Source of the DNA: Sphyrna mokarran
Lineage: Eukaryota
Assembly (NCBI GenBank): GCA_024679065.1
Contig: JAGIQG010000015.1
Span: 26,970,001-27,034,000 of the forward strand
Length of the DNA stretch: 64,000 nt
Direction of reading: 5' to 3'
Shown here: positions 10,974 to 24,687 of the stretch, piece after piece
Position numbering within the stretch: position 1 is the first letter of the stretch
How the letters are laid out: each line of letters starts with the position of its first letter
The notes under the pieces: model-generated
What the model saw: the letters and a program-made list of their open reading frames with translations, nothing else
Database searches by the model: none
What the model was told of the DNA's origin: nothing
Made by a program: the position numbers and the translations under genes

Positions 10974-11682
10974 TAAATTCCCAGTCTATCTGCACAGGAC
11001 AATTCTTGAACTCTCCATTAAAGGCATTCATTCTGCAGAGTTATGCGACACCAAGTGAAAAGAATCTCATTTCTCAGTGGCAGGTTCACCACTCACCGAT
11101 GACAACCTGTGGATGTTTATGGTGAAAAAGAAAATGAACACAGTACTTTGGGTTGAGCTGATGAATAGACCAACAATAGGGTGTATTTGAATAAGTGTTC
11201 GCTTTGAGACAAAACTAGTAGATACATTAAAAATGCAAAGGTTCCACTCATAATGAACAGTCAACAGATGAAGTAAGAGAGCACATGAAGCAAAATGAAA
11301 AGGTTTACACAAATGCAAAGATAGAAATGGAAATTCAGCAGACTAGGATAACCATAAAAGGCAATAGACTATACAAGGTAATGAGTTGAAAAAAGGAATT
11401 CAAAATATCTTCCAAGAGATCTCAACATTAACAGCAAATGGTTTTGTAAGTACATGTCGACAAAGATGGTGATTAAGGGCAATGTGGGTCCAATAAAGAC
11501 AAGCACAGATGAGTCCATAACATTTATGGGAATGTTTACTTTGTTAAACAAGTACATTGTACCACAGAAGACAAAGAGAACATATTACCAGTAGTACAAC
11601 GAGAACCTGAAAACAAATCAAGGGAAGGAACAATGAATTTTATACATGTTCAAAATGAGAGAAATAAATGGGACTTAGATAG

Positions 11683-12823
11683 TGTCATATACATAACACG
11701 TGAAAGAGATCAGAAACTGTTTAAATCACATCTTACTTTCTGCTTATTCAGAAATGGACTCTGTTGGACCAAAACATGCCGTTACAGGTTTACAAGTTGG
11801 CTACAGTTCTTAGGTTAATTAGGTTCTTAGGAAACTTAGGTTAATTCTGACAGGACAAAGCATAACCCTAATCCTTTTGGAATTTCACATCTCTCATTGT
11901 TATACCCATTACAATCAATGAAACAAGGAAGCAGCAGACAGTCTTATCACCACAGCCTGGACTTATAACAAAGACACGGCCATCAAAACTCGCCATACAT
12001 GTTGTCATGGTTCAAGTTAGAAACTCCAAAATGTTTTACGAAGCCCAATTGAATCATAGGTTTTGTGTCTTGAATTTGGCTAGGATAAGCATAATATATT
12101 TCATTCAGGTGTGATTCAAAAGATCCACCAGGGAGTTTTGAATCAAACAAAGTTGATTTGGCAATGGAATGTATAAAAAAAAGCAATAACTTCTAACAAT
12201 TACAAACAAAAACATCTACAATAATGTATAATACTTAATTAATATATGTAAGCTGTCCCAATCAAACCAATGTCTCCATAAACAACCCTTTAAACAGGGC
12301 ATGGACTGAGGCTCCCATGATACTGGAATTTGAGTCCTTTGGTTGAAGTCTGCAGTTCTCTGGATTCACTCTGAACAGTCTGAAGACAAGACAGCTTCCC
12401 AAAACACCAGAAAGACTCTGGTCCTGCCCCTAACAACAGCAGATTTTCACCTTTTAGGAAAAAAGTTCTTGTTTCCAGTTAACCAACAGAATTTGTTGGT
12501 TAGAGAGAGAGAGGGAAAACATTTCTTTTTAGCTTGCTATCCCTTCTAAAACTAAAACTCTAACCTGCAACTCCAAATTAAAAATAAAAAAAAAACTGTC
12601 CAAAAACACATGACTGCCTTTCTAACAATGCAGGATCATAAAACCAATCCCGGAATAAACATAAACAACCCCATTTAAGCCACTACAGTTGCAATAAAAG
12701 GTCTTGTTGTCGTTAGCCTAGCAACTGCATGACATCAGCTAAAACTGTGAGCTGAGAAACACTAAGTGTGAGAGTTGCAGCAATCATGATTTTAAAAATC
12801 TCTTATAAGTGCACTAATGTCAC
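11683..12823. mobile_element. Possible solo LTR
   Basis: TGT...ACA termini; interrupts the CR1 remnant; no TSD confirmed. Confidence 0.28.
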
Positions 12824-13217
12824 AATATAGAGACACTAATAACCACCAGGTATCTTCACTGGTGAACAATGGATTTTGGCCAGAAACATAGAAATCTACT
12901 CTAAAGCTGTAACCGACTCATCAATGGTTTACACCACATGATCTAAGCTCCTCTGGATTTTGAAAAGTTTTAATATCACATTCCTGGACTCTCAGGCATT
13001 TAGTCTATCAACACTAAAGCTGGACACTAGACTGACAACAAAGTTTGCCTCAAGTCTAAACCTCCTCAAAACTTGATTCTGCAGAAGATTCCTGCCATTG
13101 CCTTTGAAGAGACAATTTATTCTTTCTGTATCATCACCAATTGTTAGAAGAATTCTGCAACTTCTGCTTTTATCTAATTAAACCTGCCTGACATTTACCT
13201 AACTAAACCTGGGGGGA

Positions 13218-13960
13218 GCTATATAATAAATGGCAGAACCATCAGGAGTATAGACACACAGAAAGACCTGGGTGTGCAAGTCCACAGATCCTTAAAGGTG
13301 GCAGCACAGGTGGAGAAGGTGTTAAAGAAGGTGTATGGCATGCTTGCCTTTATTGGACAGGGCACAGAGTATAAAAGTTGGCATATGATATTGCAGCTAT
13401 ATAGAACATTAGGCCACATTTGGAATACTGTATCCAGTTCTGGTTGTCACACTACCAGAAGGACGTGGAGGCTTGGGAGAGAGTGCAAAAAAGATTTACC
13501 AGAATGTTGCCTGGCTAAAACCCTCATAGCTAGGGTCTTAGCTATGAGGAGAGATTGGGTAAACTGAGGTTGTTCTCTCTGGCAAGAAGGAGGATGAGGG
13601 GCGACTTAATAGAGGTGTATGAAATAATGAAAGGCATAGATATGGTGAACAGTGGGAAGTTTTTTCCCAGTTCAAAGGTGAAGAACACAAGGGGTCACAA
13701 GTTCAGGGTGAGGGGGGCAAGGTTCAACACAGATGTCAGGGGAACGTATTTTACACAGAGGGTAGTGGAGGCCTGGAATGCACTGCCAAGCAAGGTGGTT
13801 GGGGCAGGCACGCTGGGAGGGTTTAAGACTTATCTAGATAGCTACATGAACAGACTGGGAATAGAGGGATACAAATAAATGGCCTAGTTGGGCTCATGAG
13901 TGGCGCAGGCTTGAAGGGCTGAAGAGCCTGTTCCTGCGCTGTACCGTTCTTTGTTTTTTG
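13218..13960 (+). mobile_element. Relatively young CR1 3' fragment
   Basis: VHRSLKVAAQVEKV..; LRLFSLARRRMRGDLIEVYEIMKG..TRGHKFRV..FTQRVVEAWNALP. Confidence 0.92.
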
Positions 13961-15469
13961 AATGTGAAGGAACCCTCACTGGACTTTGAAATTCACATAA
14001 TTAATATCCATTTTTTTGATTTCTTTTTGTTTTGTGTTATTCGTAGTTGTAAATCTCTTTTATTTGCTATCTCCATCTTGTGTGTATATATGTAATTGCA
14101 ATGACCACCCTCTGTTTTTGAATGTATGAATAGACAAATGGACAGGATTCTCCAGTTTAATCCATGGTGGGACACATTGGGAATGAAAATTTAAAAAGTG
14201 CCATTCCACCCAAAACTCCGTTCACTGAAAAATCTCAGCCGGAAACAAGAATGGAAGATTTCAACCAATACTTCTGATTTAACCCTAAAGGGAGTTTACT
14301 ACAAGCCACTTTAAATTTGACTTCATAAACAGTGGTTGGAATTCAGAGAATCTAGAAAATCCCACCTCTAGCAAACAATGCACCACCTCCCATTGGTGGG
14401 AAATGTTCGGCTGGGACCCCAGAGAATCTTGCCCAGAGATTTTGGGGAAATACACCACAGCCAATATAAAAAATTAAAACACCGCTGCTTATGGACAGGT
14501 GCTGTGAAAAGTGAAGGAGTTCAGATACTTCTGTCCTCGGTCCATAACAACAGGCAAATCTTTAGCATCTGATGGTTTCCATTCCAAAATAGTAAAAGAA
14601 ATACATGAGGAAATTGAAACACAATAATCATGTCCCTCATCCACCCTCATGCCACCTATACAGCCATTAATTTAGTCTCCACTGTGGGCAGACCTCAGGA
14701 GTCATGTGAGGATGAAAAGAAACTAAACATTCAATTATTTAATACACTCCTACATATTTGCTAGTAAAAAGGATTTGCATTCATGAAATCCATTCAAAGT
14801 TTTTAAATGTCAACTATTTAATCTCTTATAAAAACAAACATTCAGATCCCATATGAGAGAGAGCTATTCATTTATTAATCATTTTAAACTATCAATCAAA
14901 CTGTGAACGAAGAAATCTCTACTAAGTTAATTGTAGCCTTTGAAACTCAACCAAGTATTCATAATGACATAATAATGGCTCTTGGGGAGATGCTCTTTTG
15001 AAACTGCATAACCAAATGCTATTTTTTTCAACCTGGACCAGATTGCCTTTCAATGAAAACAGTCCAGCAGAGATTTTTTAACTCTCACTGAAAGCTACAG
15101 CTTTTTTTTAAGTTTAAGGGTTGGAAGGCTTAAAAACCATCTGATAATGATTGTTACATAGATGTTATCTGTCCTTCAGGTGCATTTCTATTTATTCTAT
15201 CCAGTTGTAAGCCATGTGAACTAGACTTTTGCAATAGCCAAAAATGGATTCTATTTGAACTCAGACGCAAGTTCAAATGGCCCTTCCTAGTTTGGATTTT
15301 TGAATTCCCCATTCCACCCACCATTTTTAAAGATCCATGGATTCTTTCCATCCTATAGAGTCTGAACATTAACCCCAGAAGATGGGTGGTGTTGGAATTG
15401 TGTCAGAGATTAAAATACAAAATTTGAAAACCAGGAACTTAAACTGTCATGAATCTGCTTACTTCCAGG

Positions 15470-15596
15470 GACACATTTTTCCGTTCCGCCACCATGGGAG
15501 TTGTAGTGGGTGAGGGGTGGACCATGGGAAGATCAATTGACCTTGGGCCGGATTTTCCAGTTTTGGGGCAAACACGATCAGAAAATCCTACCCCCC
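15470..15596. mobile_element. Short MITE-like element (Harbinger-type GGGC..TTTTCC termini)
   Basis: Homologous to 59053-59172 and 54795-54908; imperfect terminal inverted repeats. Confidence 0.5.
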
Positions 15597-16664
15597 AATC
15601 TTAGCAGATGTGGTCTTATGACTTTTGCAGGACACCTGTGGTACTTTGTCTGAGTATCTATTGATGTTCTTTATATAAACTGGACTTCAAGGAGTCACCT
15701 GATAAGTTTGCAAGTAAGAGATTATCAGTAGCGACAATATGGAATTGGAGGTAACTTTGTTGTATATGTTGGATGATTGGATAAGAAAATAAGAAGAGGG
15801 ATATAGGATTAGTCTCTGATCAACATGATGTTCCCTCTAGCTCCATACTGGGGCTTCATATTTTCGCCTAATATAGCAATGACTTGGATGAAGGAATAGT
15901 GAGCTTGTTTCCACGTTTGTAGATGGCACTTCATTAAGGACAGAATAAACCAGGCAGTTAGTACTGGGAAGTTAAAAAGGAGAGTCATGGGATTGCAAAA
16001 CAGTGGCAGATGGAGTTCAGTGTGAGGAAATGAGATCATTCACTTCAGATCTGATAAAGACAAAAAAAATTACCTTTGCTCATTGGTGAATTATAACTGT
16101 CGAGGACCAACGGAATTTAGGTGAGCACATATACAAATGATTAAAAGTTAGTGCATGAGTACAAAAGGTAATCAAAAGGGTAAGTAGACTGTTGGCTTTT
16201 ATGGATTAGAATACAAAATGAGGAGGTGATGTTTCAGTTGTGTAGAAGCTTGATCAGATTATACCTGGAAAACAGTGTTCCTGTTTGATACTAATTCCAA
16301 GAAACATATATCAGTTTTTTTAAGAGGTGTAGCTTGAAGAAAATAGTGCCTGAAGGGGTCAGTTCAGAGGATTAGTTACATAAATTTGACTTCTATTCCT
16401 TTGAGTTTCAAAGGTTGAGACGTGATCTAAATGAAGTGTTTTCAATTATTAAATCTTCCAGCCACAGGAAGATTCAGTTGAGGGGCAGGACCTCAAAATT
16501 AAAGCTAGGCTGTGAAGGAGTGAAAACAGGCAGCATATTTTTCCCTACACAAAGCAATAGAAATATGGGAATCTTATTGTCTCTAAAAGGATATGAATGT
16601 GAAGATAATTGCAATTTTCAAGATTAAGATCAATTGATTCTTGTAGATAAAGGGCATCAAGAGT

Positions 16665-17030
16665 ATGTGGTTAGCACTGCTGCCTCACAGCACCAGTGAC
16701 CCAAGTTCAATTCCAGCCTTGGGTAACTGTTTGTGTCGAGTTTGCACCTTCTCCCTATGTCTGCGTGGGTTTCCTCTGGGGGCTCTGTTTCCTTCTACAG
16801 TCCAAAGAGGTTAGATGGATCGGCCATGCAAAATTTCCCTGTGGTGTCCAAAAATGCGTAGGCCAGGTGCATTAGTCATGGTAAATGCCTGGGGTTATGG
16901 GGATAGGGCAGGGAAGGTAGGTTTGGGTATGATGCTCTTTTGGAGGGTCACTGCAGACACAATGGCCAAATAGCCTCCTGCTATAGAGGGGTTTTCTGTA
17001 TAGATTTCCCCTATGATGGGGGTTCTATAG
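16665..17030 (+). mobile_element. HE1-like V-SINE
   Basis: GTGGTTAGCACTGCTGCCTCACAG head, V-domain, CR1-like tail. Confidence 0.85.
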
Positions 17031-17099
17031 AGAAAAGGCAAGAAGGTAGCACTGATATTATCTCAGCACTGAGGCAATGAGGTAATCATGAAGTAATGA

Positions 17100-17323
17100 G
17101 ATACCAACCAACTCAACAACAGCTGCCATCAGACTTTTGAATGGACCTAACTTGCATTAAGATGATCTTTGTCTACACTCTAGTTATGACTGTCATACTA
17201 CATTCTGCACTCTCTCATTTCCTTTTCAATGAACGATATGCGTTGTCTGTATAGCACGCAAGAAACAATACTTTTCACTATGTGCTAAACACATGTGACA
17301 ATATTAAAGCAAATCAAATCAAA
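17100..17323 (+). mobile_element. Rex1/Babar-like LINE 3' end
   Basis: GCCATCAGACTTTTGAATGGAC...TACTTTTCACT..TGTGACAAT..(CAAAT)n tail. Confidence 0.6.
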
Positions 17324-17939
17324 ATTGCACTCCAGTGTATGTTTGATGGATTAATGTGTCTTATATCTGGTCCTAAGTTTGCACGTTTCCTATATTCCTG
17401 ATTGCCATGTTTTACCATAAAGTATCATTTTTTTAACCAGGCTGGTAATCAGAAAGCAACAAAATGGCTAACAAACAGACAGCAGTGAACAAAATCTCCT
17501 TTCTATCTGGCATGGTGAGCAACTCATTTCAACCTACAATGTATGAGAAAGCAGTGCAGCGATTCTCCTGACCTCAGCATGAATCAGAGTAAACTCCATT
17601 GCTAAGCAATTCCACCAATTAGAACATCAACCTATTTCTCTGCAATCCAGTTAAATGGATGATGTACCATCCCCCCTTCGGGTGAACAAGAGATTATGGT
17701 GATACATAATAGCAGTTTTCAGCCGTAACTTGGAAGAGGCATTCAAGACCTGAATAGTATGTGTTTAACTGCCAACATTCTATATCAATTAGAACTACAA
17801 ATTGGAACTTATTTGTTGAGTATGTGATCCACACAGATGCCAGAATAACTGTAAGAGTGTGTTTACAGTGTCTGTACTCCTCTGATTGCTCAGAGTGTTC
17901 GCATGCCACCACCTCAGTAACAATTGCAAGTAAAATGGC

Positions 17940-18248
17940 AAGGTAGCAATGTGGTTAGCATTGCTGCCTCACAGCGCTAGGGACCTGGGTTCAATCCCAG
18001 CATTGGGTCGCCACTGTGTGAAATTTACACATTCTCCCTGTACCTGCTTGGTTTCCTCCGAATTTCCCCTACAGTACAAAGATGTGCGGGTTAGGTTGAT
18101 TGACTATGCTAAATTGCCCCTTAGTGTCAGGGGGTTAGCAGGGTAAATAGATGGGGTTATGGGGATAGGGCCTCAGTGAGATGGTGGTCGGTGCAGACTC
18201 AATGAGCTGAATGGCCTACTTCTGCACCGTAGGGATTCTATGATTCTA
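17940..18248 (+). mobile_element. HE1-like V-SINE
   Basis: Complete head to GGGATTCTATGATTCTA tail. Confidence 0.88.
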
Positions 18249-18289
18249 AGATAACACGAAACGCAGTTAGTGTGAAAACACAATCTGAA

Positions 18290-19490
18290 TGTAAAATCAT
18301 CACAGTGGCAGCCTGGATACAAAATCGGCTATGATAAAAAAGCCAGGAGTTGTAGTGAGTTGTCACTTTTCAGGCTGGAAGTATTCAGTGGTTTCCCTCA
18401 GGCAACAATATAAGCTCACTGCAACCTTTGATGTATATTAAGGTGTGAGGTTTGGATTCAAAAGGGATATTTTTCAGAAATTTAAGACGATAACTTGGAA
18501 ATATAGCAAATAATGAGGCAGACATGGACTGGTCAAATGAGCAAACACACGGAAGATAACATTTAATGCAGAGAAGTGTGAAATAATACATTCTGGTATG
18601 AAAAGTGAGAAGTATGAATCAAATGGGCTAATTTTAAAAGTATTATAGGAAAGGAGAGACCTGAGGATGTGTGTACACAAATCCTTAAAGGCAGTAGAAT
18701 GAGGTAAGAAGAATGTTAAAAAAAACAGCTTGGCTTTATTAACAAAGGTATAGGGCAGGATTTTTCTTCCATTCTGGTGTACGTTTTGCAGCAACGGGAT
18801 GAGATGCATGCTCACTTGTGACGAGATCTTATGGCCTCATCGTTTTCAATAGGGTTTCTTGTTGGTTGCACCCCTCGCTGCTGGGAAATCCGCGGTGGGA
18901 GTTCGCCGTCAACAGGGCTGTGAGATCCCTTCGGTACAAACAGTATCGAGAGTTCAGTGGTAGAGTGCAAGATTCCACTAAACTTTAAAAAATACTGGTT
19001 GTGTCTCAGCTGCAGCATTATGTTCAGTTCTGTATGCTATAATTTAGGAAGGATATGGAGGCCTTAAAGAGTGTTAAAGGGGATTTACACAAATGGTATC
19101 AGGGATGAAGGATTTCAGATATGTGCAGAGGCTGGAGAAGCTCTTCATGCAGCACAGAGGCTTGAGGGGAGATTTGATAGAGGGATTCAAAATCATTTAT
19201 GATTTTGATAGAGTAAATCAAGAGAAATTGTTTCCAGCGGTAAAAGGGACAGGAACCAGAGGACACAGATTGAAGGTGATTGACAAACTGAAGTTAACAT
19301 GAGGAAACATTTTTTTTACACTGTGAATTGGTGTAATCTGGAATACACTGCTTGAAAGAAGATTGGAGGTACATTTAACTACATTCAAAAGAGAATTGGA
19401 ATAAAACTTGGCTGGAAAAAATAATGGAGTTAATTAACTATCTATAGGAAATAGCCAGCACAGGTGTGCTGGGCTGAATGGTATCATTGA
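18290..19490 (+). mobile_element. CR1 3' fragment with MITE-like insertion (~18753-18950)
   Basis: MVSGMKDFRYVQRLEKL..LRGDLIEGFKII..TRGHRLKV; insert starts GGGCAGGATTTTTC. Confidence 0.75.
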
Positions 19491-19721
19491 ACTAGTCAAT
19501 TATTTGTACATTAAAAACAGTAAATCAGTTAAAGAGAAAAGAACTCGATAATGGCAATTCATTGATTTGTAATTTTCCTTCAACACTCCATATAAATTTC
19601 AAGTATTCATTTTTTGACCCATTTCCCATTTGCCTGTGTATGACTTTCATATAATAAAAGGTTACAATTTCGTGGCACCTTAGATCTAATTATTATGTCT
19701 CAAAAACGCACATTTCCAACA

Positions 19722-20125
19722 GCTGTGACTCAGTGGATGGTACTTTTGCCGCAGTCAGAAGATTGCAGGTTCAAGTAGCACTTTGCAGGAGACTTGACCA
19801 CATAATCTAGGCAAACACTTCAATGCAATGCTAATAAAGTGCTGTATTGTCAGCGGTATTGCATTTTGAGGGACATTAAAAACTAAGCTCCACTTTCCCT
19901 TTCAGATACGATGGGTATTATTCCACAAACAAGCAGGGGAATCTCCACTAATAGTTATTCCTCAACTAATGTCACGAAAACAGATTAATTGGTCATTAGC
20001 ACACTGTCATGTGCAAGTTGTCCATTCCATTTCCTATATTGCAATTGAGACATATTAAAATGACTCGCTTTGCTGTAAAGTGTTTGTCCAGTCTGAGATT
20101 GTGAAGGAAGCTAATTATATAAAAT
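19722..20125 (+). mobile_element. SacSINE1-like Deu-SINE
   Basis: GTGACTCAGTGG..GAAGATTGCAGGTTCAAGT head; GCAGGGGA..TCCTCAACTAATGTCAC..AACAGATTA..GGTCATTA; GCTGTAAAGTGTTTG tail; homologous to 10553-10973. Confidence 0.7.
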
Positions 20126-21894
20126 ATACATAGAATTATCATAATATAAAATCCAGTCTTAGAAACGGAATTGGAGTAGTTGGTCTCAATGTATAACTAT
20201 AATGACACAAGTACAGTGATTTCTTCCTGCGCTGTAATTTCCATAACCTTCTGCTGTTGGTGACATTTACAAGGAACTACATGGATACTTCAAAAGTATT
20301 TGTATCCATTCCAATGGAGGGATGGTAAAATGTTCACTTAATTGAATTTCTCCATTTGTGATACTGACTGACAAATAAATCAGGTCACCAACTAACCTTT
20401 GCAAAATAAACATTACAGAATTATTAAAATGATGACCTATCTTGGCCTAGATTTTGTGGTAGTAATGAGGCAAAACTGCCAGCCTTCATCATCATTATTT
20501 CTCTAAGATTGACAGCAACCTCAGGAGTCTGCACATGTACATGTAAACATGGAAATCCAGAAGTTATTGTCAGTGATTCTGTGCTTTTCCACAGATGTGT
20601 TGTTGAAGTTCCTACACACTGCAGTTAACTCCATATCACTAAGAACTTCCCCTTTTACATTCAATCTAATCGTAAGACACGTGAAAAAGTTCCACATTGT
20701 TTAAATGAGATGTGTTTTTAATTGTGAACTGAGTTCATAATTACTACTGCAAATATCTTCCAGAAGGAAAAGAAATTCTGGACTTTTTTTTGATACTTGT
20801 ATTAACAAGTTAATTTGTAAATATTCTAACGTCTTTCACTCCTGTATATCCCACTGATTTATTTCACTTAGTAAAATTGCTTTAAAAGTGAAAGCTGTAT
20901 CACTGCATTTTATTTCTGGCTTATTGTCTGTAAGAATATTTCAGTTTAATTGGCTGATCACGGCTATTGAATGCCTAGAGATTCCTTTGACATGATGCCA
21001 GATTCAAACTAACATTGGAAAAGGTGGAACTCATACGATAGAAGTTACTAAATCTTAGGGAGTAGCCCTCTTTGAGGTCGGTGGTAAATGCCATTCCTTC
21101 ATTGAGGATGATCTATTCCTCACCCTTGCGCTTCACACATTTTCATCACATATTAGGTACAGATACAAAACAATCATTTTTTTTAAATGCTAGTCATTGA
21201 CATAGTTCCTGAAATTTTCAAGCAATTACAACCATTAGTACGTTATAAGTAGCTAATAGTGCCTGGGCTTTTCTAATTAAAACCATCTTTAAAAAGGCAC
21301 AGTTTCATCACAAGAATGCTCCAGACAAAAGCTATCCATGATCTAAGTGGATCACATTGCGAATACTTGAGACAAACAGCATAGATGCATTTGAGGTTAT
21401 GCCGGATGAAAAATAAGGGATAAAGGAATTGAAGGACATGCTGATAGGACTGGATGAAGAAGGGTTAGAGAAGACTCAAGCAGACCACTAACACCAGGAT
21501 GGACTGGCATGATTCCATGTTGTGATGGTAATTCTATTAAATTCATGGCAATCCACCAAGGCATTGACGTCTTCCCATTACAAAATCAAATTGATTCAGG
21601 AATGAAAGTTTTTATCATCTCTATCTGGATGTTAACTCCAGCTCTAGATGTAAAGATCTTCCTGAAGTCCTAAAATTTATATTTGTCTTTTACCAGTTTG
21701 AACTTCCGGCCTTTGTCCTACTTTTGCAATTTTATGTTAATTCATCACATTCATCTTTTCTCTACAATTAACTATTTTAAATACCTCCACTTCCAGCTGG
21801 TAACTAAAAATAGAATGCCATATATGGGTTATGGCAGTCAGATTGAATGTAATGGATAAATCTCTCTCCCTGTACTTAATGCAACATGAGGTTC

Positions 21895-22165
21895 AAAGTT
21901 TGATGCTGTTGATTGGATTCCTACTTCGATAGGACGGATATCAGAGGCAGGTTCTTTACCCAAAGGGTGGTTCGGGAGTGGAATGCCGTGCCTGCAGCGG
22001 TTGTAGATGCGCCAAGTTTGGTGGCGTTTAAGAGGTTAGTTGATAAGTATATGGAAGAGAAGGGAATGGTTTAGTTTGGAGGGGCATTGCTTTTTATATT
22101 GGTCGGCGCAACATCGAAGGCCGAAGGGCCTGTTCTGTGCTGTAATGTTCTATGTTCTATGTTCT
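21895..22165 (+). mobile_element. CR1 3' end with (TTCTATG)n tail
   Basis: TTCTTTACCCAAAGGGTGG..GGCCGAAGGGCCTGTTCTGTGCTGTAATGTTCTATGTTCTATG. Confidence 0.85.
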
Positions 22166-22642
22166 AACACAAACTGCTCTGAAATTTGACAGCAAGTAAA
22201 AGATAATAAAGACTGTGTCATTCCAGTGGAGAATGAAGGGACTTCTACTGGTGCAGTGGGTTATGCCCCTGCTTTTGAGCCAGTTGTTCAGGGTTTGAAT
22301 ACCACTCTAGATCCTGGTGGCTATGGAAGGTGCTTCTATAAATGGCTTTAATATCAATTTGGAAATCCTTCCAACATATACCAATGGGAGGCTGTAAGAT
22401 CTGGAGAGATGTCTGGTCAAACATGTGATGGGAAGAAATTGGAACCTCTACCATCGCCATCCAAACGACAACATGTAAAAGTGGATATTGCTACAATGGA
22501 AGGGTGGAGAGGACTCTGGAAGTCCACTTGACTGGGCAGCCAGTGTGGATCAGATTGGTGCCAACAGCACAATCTGCATTTCACCTGGGATGGTTTTGGG
22601 ATCTAACTCCTTGCTCCCCACCATGGTAGAGATTGCAGCAAT

Positions 22643-22666
22643 GTGTGTGTGTGTGTGTGTGTGTGT
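22643..22666. repeat. (TG)n microsatellite
   Basis: Direct observation. Confidence 0.9.
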
Positions 22667-23239
22667 CAGACCTGTCTTTTTGGGCAAAGAGCTCCAAGAA
22701 TGAAAGGCACATCCTGGCAGATATGCAGAAAGGAAACGATTGCAGAACCCTGATTCAAATAGTGCAGTCACTAAACTTGAATCCATAGCTTACTTCAGTT
22801 GAACATATCTGAGGGAAGGCCTCCAATTCACCTGGCCCATTACAGTTTTTTCCATGTGGTGTAATAAATGGAGAATTTCAGTATATTCCTACCAGGTAGA
22901 AGTCAGCAATAGGCAGAGTCAGTTCCTATAAAAGCACAGAATGTCTCCAGATAGTGAGTTATTATCGGTTGTAGCAACTCTGGTTTTTGTAATTTACATT
23001 TTCAAATTCTGCTTGGCTGTATTTTTTTAGGGCACAACAGCACAATGAATCAGTGTACAAGCACCTCATGGTTTAGCTAGTAATATTACTTGTATGGAAG
23101 ATCATCTTGTAAATGACTGAACTCCCCTTTGAATGTATTGGGTCAGAAATCTAGAGGGAGGAATCACTGACCATGACAGGAGTCACCACAACAGGTTTTG
23201 GCAGTGGGTGACCAAGAAGGTGGTCCAACCTGACTGTCT

Positions 23240-23500
23240 GCCCCTCTCCCGGGGCTACATTCATAGCCAGATGCCCCTGGAGAAGCAGCCATGAGTACAT
23301 GAGTACCGTTGAGGTCTTCCACGCTCATTGGACCCGGCAGGGGGTGGGATGACACTTTCAATCACATTTTGGTTTGACGTTTTAACTTTCCTTTACACTT
23401 TTTTTTTGTTTCGAGCGTCCCCGTCCCCTTTAAGAGGCTGCCCCTTTTATTTTGTTCCTCAGTTTATTTGATTCGGTTTATTTGATTCGCCAAAAAGATT
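23240..23500 (+). mobile_element. Tx1/L1-like LINE 3' end
   Basis: Degenerate C-terminus RGYIHSQMPLEK..TVEVFHAHW..FNHILV* followed by T-rich 3' UTR; homologous to 9575-9770. Confidence 0.55.
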
Positions 23501-24687
23501 GGCAGGAGTCATCTGCCACTTCTGTTTCTGGGCACAGCATGGCACAGGTGGCAACATCTGAAACCCAACGTACTGGAAACCTGTCCCTGTGCAAACAAGT
23601 ACAACACTCTGATCTCTCTTGCAAATAAATATCTGTTGTCATGAGTTCCCCCTTTTCCGGGTATTTCTAACAGTTACAATGCCAAGGGTCTGTTGTAAAC
23701 GTCTAAAGACTTGAACAATTAATTGTCAATCATTTGAATAACTCTTGTCCACAGCAGTACAGTTTGTTTTGTTACTGAGCTGGAAGGCGAGAAATCTGCA
23801 CGACTCAACAGATCTGATTTCCCTGCAATATTGATTGGTCACCCCGGGGGGTAGAGAACAGAGATGTCAGTTTCACTCGCGAAATTATCGTAACCACCGA
23901 CTCAACCGGCGAGTGCCAGCGGCGTGGGAATGGTGTGGGTCAGTGTGCAGAGAAATGCACAAGCAGCCCCTCAGTCACCCAGGGCAGATCACAGCGCCGT
24001 CCTTAGGAGAGGCTCACCTACACTCTGTGACAAGGGGGAGGATATATAGGACTAATGGTCCAGTCAGCTTGAAATAGCAAGTCCATTGATCGCTTCACAA
24101 TGGGACCCCTGCAACCATCTATATTGTAACCAATTAGCCGACATTAATCTGCTTATTCACTCCAGGTGCCGCGACATTAGTTAACCCGTCGGCTGCAACA
24201 TCAGATGCCTGCCTACTGCTGGGTGTTGAGTCCTGGTAAGTACCCTCCCCACCTTAACCCTTTGCTTTCGGGATACAAGGCGGTGTGTTTGCACAGTGCA
24301 GCCTCGCTGATCACGTCTATTCCAGCTCCGTCACTCACTACGGGCTCAGATAGGATCAGCGTGGATCCAGGAGAGGTGGAGCAGGCTGGCAACACCTCCA
24401 CCTCACGTCTCAGGTTTGTTTCTTTAGGTGCAATTGGTAATTTAATTCCATAAAGGGCTTTCTTTTTGCAAATCCCTATTCATTAAATTTAATAATTCAG
24501 CAAACTACCTCTGAGAAATAATTGGTGGCCAGTCGTTTTGAGTGAACCCAGTTATTTCCACAGACCCAGTTAAAGTTAATGTGTCGAGGCCAGGTCTCCA
24601 TTTTAATAACGCGGGGAACAATCTTCGTTTCAAATCATGAGCAAAATTGTGGGTTGAATTTGCATAAATTCAAATTCTTGTCTAATC

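Larger units (their letters stand above)
11270..16660 (+). mobile_element. Old CR1 ORF2 broken into pieces (~11270-11682, ~14565-14630, ~15340-16660) by nested insertions
   Basis: Degenerate but collinear CR1 ORF2 segments; later pieces include RRDLNEVFSIIK-like sequence. Confidence 0.45.

Noticed and set aside
17940-18010. tRNA gene-like A/B boxes (also in many other copies)
   Set aside because: They are SINE heads continuing into V-domain and tail; no cloverleaf evident.
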